Shown: in pieces, positions 39,505-64,000 of the stretch
Layout: the number at the start of each line of letters is the position of its first letter
How positions within the stretch are numbered: the first letter of the stretch is position 1
Assembly (NCBI GenBank): GCA_002269645.1
Contig: NIVC01000068.1
Location: 186,001-250,000 of the forward strand
Direction: 5' to 3'
DNA length: 64,000 bases
DNA from: Macrostomum lignano
Taxonomy: Eukaryota
Position numbers and translations under genes: made by a program
Notes under the pieces: model-generated
The model's database searches: none
Seen by the model: only the letters and a program-made list of their open reading frames with translations
Told to the model about the DNA's origin: nothing

Positions 39505-41340
39505 GACATGGGGGATAGAACACAGACAGGCATGGGGGATAGAACACAGACAGGCATGGGGGATGGAACACAGACAGGCATGGGGGATAGAACACAGACA
39601 GGCATGGGGGATGGAACACAGACAGGCATGGGGGATAGAACACAGACAGGCATGGGGGATAGAACACAGACAGAAATGGGGGATGGAACACAGACAGGCA
39701 TGGGGGATAGAACACAGACAGGCATGGGGGATAGAACACATACAGGAATGGGGGATAGAACACATACAGGAATGGGGGATAGAACACAGACAGGCATGGG
39801 GGATAGAACACAGACAGGCATGGGGGATAGAACACAGACAGGCATGGGGGATAGAACACAGACAAGCATGGGGGATAGAACACAGACAAGCATGGGGGAT
39901 AGAACACATACAGGAATGGGGGATAGAACACATACAGGAATGGGGGATAGAACACATACAGGAATGGGGGATAGAACACAGACAGGCATGGGGGATAGAA
40001 CACAGACAGGCATGGGGGATAGAACACAGACAGGCATGGGGGATAGAACACAGACAGGCATGGGGGATAGAACACAGACAAGCATGGGGGATAGAACACA
40101 GACAAGCATGGGGGATAGAACACAGACAAGCATGGGGGATAGAACACAGACAGGCATGGGAGATAGAACACAGACAGGAATGGGGGATAGAACACATACA
40201 GGAATGGGGGATAGAACACATACAGGAATGGGGGATAGAACACATACATGAATGGGGATAGAACACATACAGGCATGGGGGATAGAACACAGACAGGCAT
40301 GGGGGATAGAACACAGACAGGCATGGGGGATAGAACACAGACAGGCATGGGGGATAGAACACAGACAGGAATGGGGATAGAACACATACAGGAATGGGGG
40401 ATAGAACACAGACAAACATGGGGGATAGAACACAGACAAGCATGGGGGATAGAACACAGACAAGCATGGGGATAGAACACATACAGGAATGGGGGATAGA
40501 ACACAGACAGGAATGGGGATAGAACACATACAGGAATGGGGGATAGAACACATACAGGAATAGGGGATAGAACACATACAGGAATGGGGGATAGAACACA
40601 TACAGGAATGGGGGATAGAACACATACAGGAATGGGGGATAGAATACAGACAGGCATGGGGGATAGAACACAGACAGAAATGAGGGGTAGAACACGAAAT
40701 CTAAACAAAAAACACAGGATAGAACACAGACAGGCATGGGGGATAGAACACAGACAAGCATGGGGGATAGAACACAGACAAGCATGGGGGATAGAACACA
40801 GACAAGCATGGGGGATAGAACACAGACAGGCATGGGGGATAGAACACATACAGGAATGGGGGATAGAACACATACAGGAATGGGGGATAGAACACATACA
40901 GGAATGGGGGATAGAACACATACAGGAATGGGGATAGAACACATACAGGCATGGGGGATAGAACACAGACAGGCATGGGAGATAGAACACAGACAGGCAT
41001 GGGGGATAGAACACAGACAGGCATGGGGGATAGAACACAGACAGGAATGGGGATAGAACACATACAGGAATGGGGGATAGAACACAGACAAGCATGGGGG
41101 ATAGAACACAGACAAGCATGGGGGATAGAACACAGACAAGCATGGGGGATAGAACACATACAGGAATGGGGGATAGAACACATACAGGAATGGGGATAGA
41201 ACACATACAGGAATGGGGGATAGAACACATACAGGAATGGGGGATAGAACACATACAGGAATGGGGGATAGAACACATACATGAATGGGGGATAGAATAC
41301 AGACAGGCATGGGGGATAGAACACAGACAGAAATGAGGGG
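39505..41340. repeat. 24-bp minisatellite GGGGGATAGAACACAGACAGGCAT
   Basis: Tandem units; source of the MGDRTQTG and CSIPHACL pseudo-ORFs. Confidence 0.97.
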
Positions 41341-41507
41341 TAGAACACGAAATCTAAACAAAAAGAAAACTACAATAGAAATGCAGCCGAGTGTAAATTG
41401 TACCTCCATCGCAGGTTGGCCAATCAGCCGTGACATCATCCCAGGGCAGTACTCATCATCATCAGCAGCCTCAGCAGCATTCGGGTCCACATCAATTCCG
41501 ATCATCA

Positions 41508-62536
<21,029 letters not shown>

Positions 62537-62577
62537 GTGAGGCGTGTACTTTTTTATACTGGGCATTTCCCAATCCT

Positions 62578-62885
62578 GTCTGCCTCAGTGTCTGCCTCAG
62601 TGTCTGCCTCAGTGTCTGCCTCAGTGTCTGCCTCAGTGTCTGTCTCAGTGTCTGTCTCAGTGTCTGTCTCAGTGTCTGTCTCAGTGTCTGTCTCAGTGTC
62701 TGTCTCAGTGTCTGTCTCAGTGTCTGTCTTAGTGTCTGTCTCAGTGTCTGTCTCAGTGTCTGTCTCAGTGTCTGTCTTTGTGTCTGTCTCAGTGTCTGTC
62801 TCAGTGTCTGTCTCAGTGTCTGTCTCAGTGTCTGTCTCAGTATCTGTCTCAGTGTCTCAGTGTCTGTCTCTGTTTCTCAGTGTCT
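62578..62885. repeat. 12-bp repeat (TCTCAGTGTCTG)n
   Basis: Direct. Confidence 0.93.
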
Positions 62886-63689
62886 CACCTGTCTGTCTAT
62901 GACCAGGTATTATCGTGACCAATCTATTTGCCTGTCCATCAGAGACCTTCTAAAACCTCAATCTCATTTAGGCAAAATGAGAGTTCAAATAATCGAACCT
63001 TTTGCGCCAATCAAAATTTCGGCAAAAAACTTCCAATGATTCTCTCTTGAAGTAGCCATTGAACAGAAGGAGACTATAAGCTTCCATGTCGAAGAGTCAA
63101 TGATTAAATACCCACCTCTGTAGCAGCAGCCCTACTCTCCTCTCCCAAGTCGGTACTCAGGAAAAAAGAGCTTATGAAAGAAGAGCAGGGATTCAGCTAA
63201 ATTATTTTTTATCCATCTTACTAAGCCTCCTGTCTATCCTCTCTTCTCGACTGGTCAACTTTTATCACGAACGGCTAGTTGGGTGCGAGTTCCGCGCCCG
63301 CAAACTCGAACTCTCTTAGGTCCGAACACATTTGTCTGAATTATGCTCAACTCCAGCCTATACTTTGAGATCCTGTTCCATCTTGGAAAGGTTTTCTCTC
63401 GTTTTTTTGCTTTCTCAGTCTCAGAATTGCCAGCTGAGCAATAAATAATGTATGATGGCTCGTATAAAAAGTTCTCGGACTACCAGGACAAGTTGTGTTC
63501 CCAGTCTGCCTGACTGTTTGTTTCCTGAGAAACTCGGTTGAATTTGCATTTCACATGTTTTTCTCTGCATTGCAAGTTGATGTATTGCCCTGCGGGGGAT
63601 GGCAAGCAGGCATGGGTGTGTAGGACATGGGGGTCTGGAGTTCGATCTCTGCATGGCTTTTGTACCAGTCTATTTGGTCAGTAAAGTAC

Positions 63690-63960
63690 TTTGTGTCTGC
63701 GTCTTTGTGTCTGTGTGTCTGTGTGTCTTTATGTCTTTGTGCCTGTGTGTCTTTGTGTCTGTGTCTTTGTGTCTTTGTGTCTGTGTGTCTTTGTGTCTGT
63801 GTGTCTGTGTGTCTTTGTGTCTTTGTGTCTTAGGGTCTGTGTGTCTTTGTGTCTTTGTGTCTGTGTGTCTTTGTGTCTTAGGGTCTTTGTATCTTTGTCT
63901 GTCTGTCTGTCTGTCTGACTGTCTGTCTGTCTTTCAGTGTCTGTCTTTCTGTCTGTCCGC
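63690..63960. repeat. GTGTCT/TCTG low-complexity tract
   Basis: Direct. Confidence 0.88.
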
Positions 63961-64000
63961 CCCTATGTCTGCTTGTCTGCATATGTGCTTCAAATATGTG

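Noticed and set aside
63415-63450. Possible terminal exon (SQ)NCQLSNK* for the EGF/TNFR gene
   Set aside because: Phase-compatible but too short to distinguish from chance; the gene may continue beyond the window.

Overview
Intron-rich animal genomic DNA, not prokaryotic. Nearly every intron over ~300 bp holds its own tandem-repeat array; this style resembles the flatworm Macrostomum (inference only). Gene models were assembled by hand from splice sites and reading phase. (1) An unidentified minus-strand exon runs off the left edge. (2) A 3-exon syntaxin-7/12-like Qa-SNARE (minus, 263 aa). (3) An AT-rich intergenic stretch with two hAT-type MITEs (one nested in a MULE-like MITE), a foldback inverted repeat and a decayed MULE transposase end. 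(4) A complete 9-exon HELQ helicase (plus, 1032 aa). (5) A SUN-domain nuclear-envelope gene (minus, ~523 aa, probable GC-AG intron) nested antisense in HELQ intron 6 and bracketed by two homologous minisatellite arrays. (6) An orphan single-pass membrane protein gene. (7) A gene for a signal peptide-EGF-cbEGF-TNFR-Cys protein whose 3' end is unresolved. Most long ORFs in the track are repeat artefacts. Best leads: the nested SUN gene with its flanking arrays, intron-private minisatellites that overlap splice sites, a B-box array behind the HELQ stop, and the EGF/TNFR gene with RFX X-box-like motifs.
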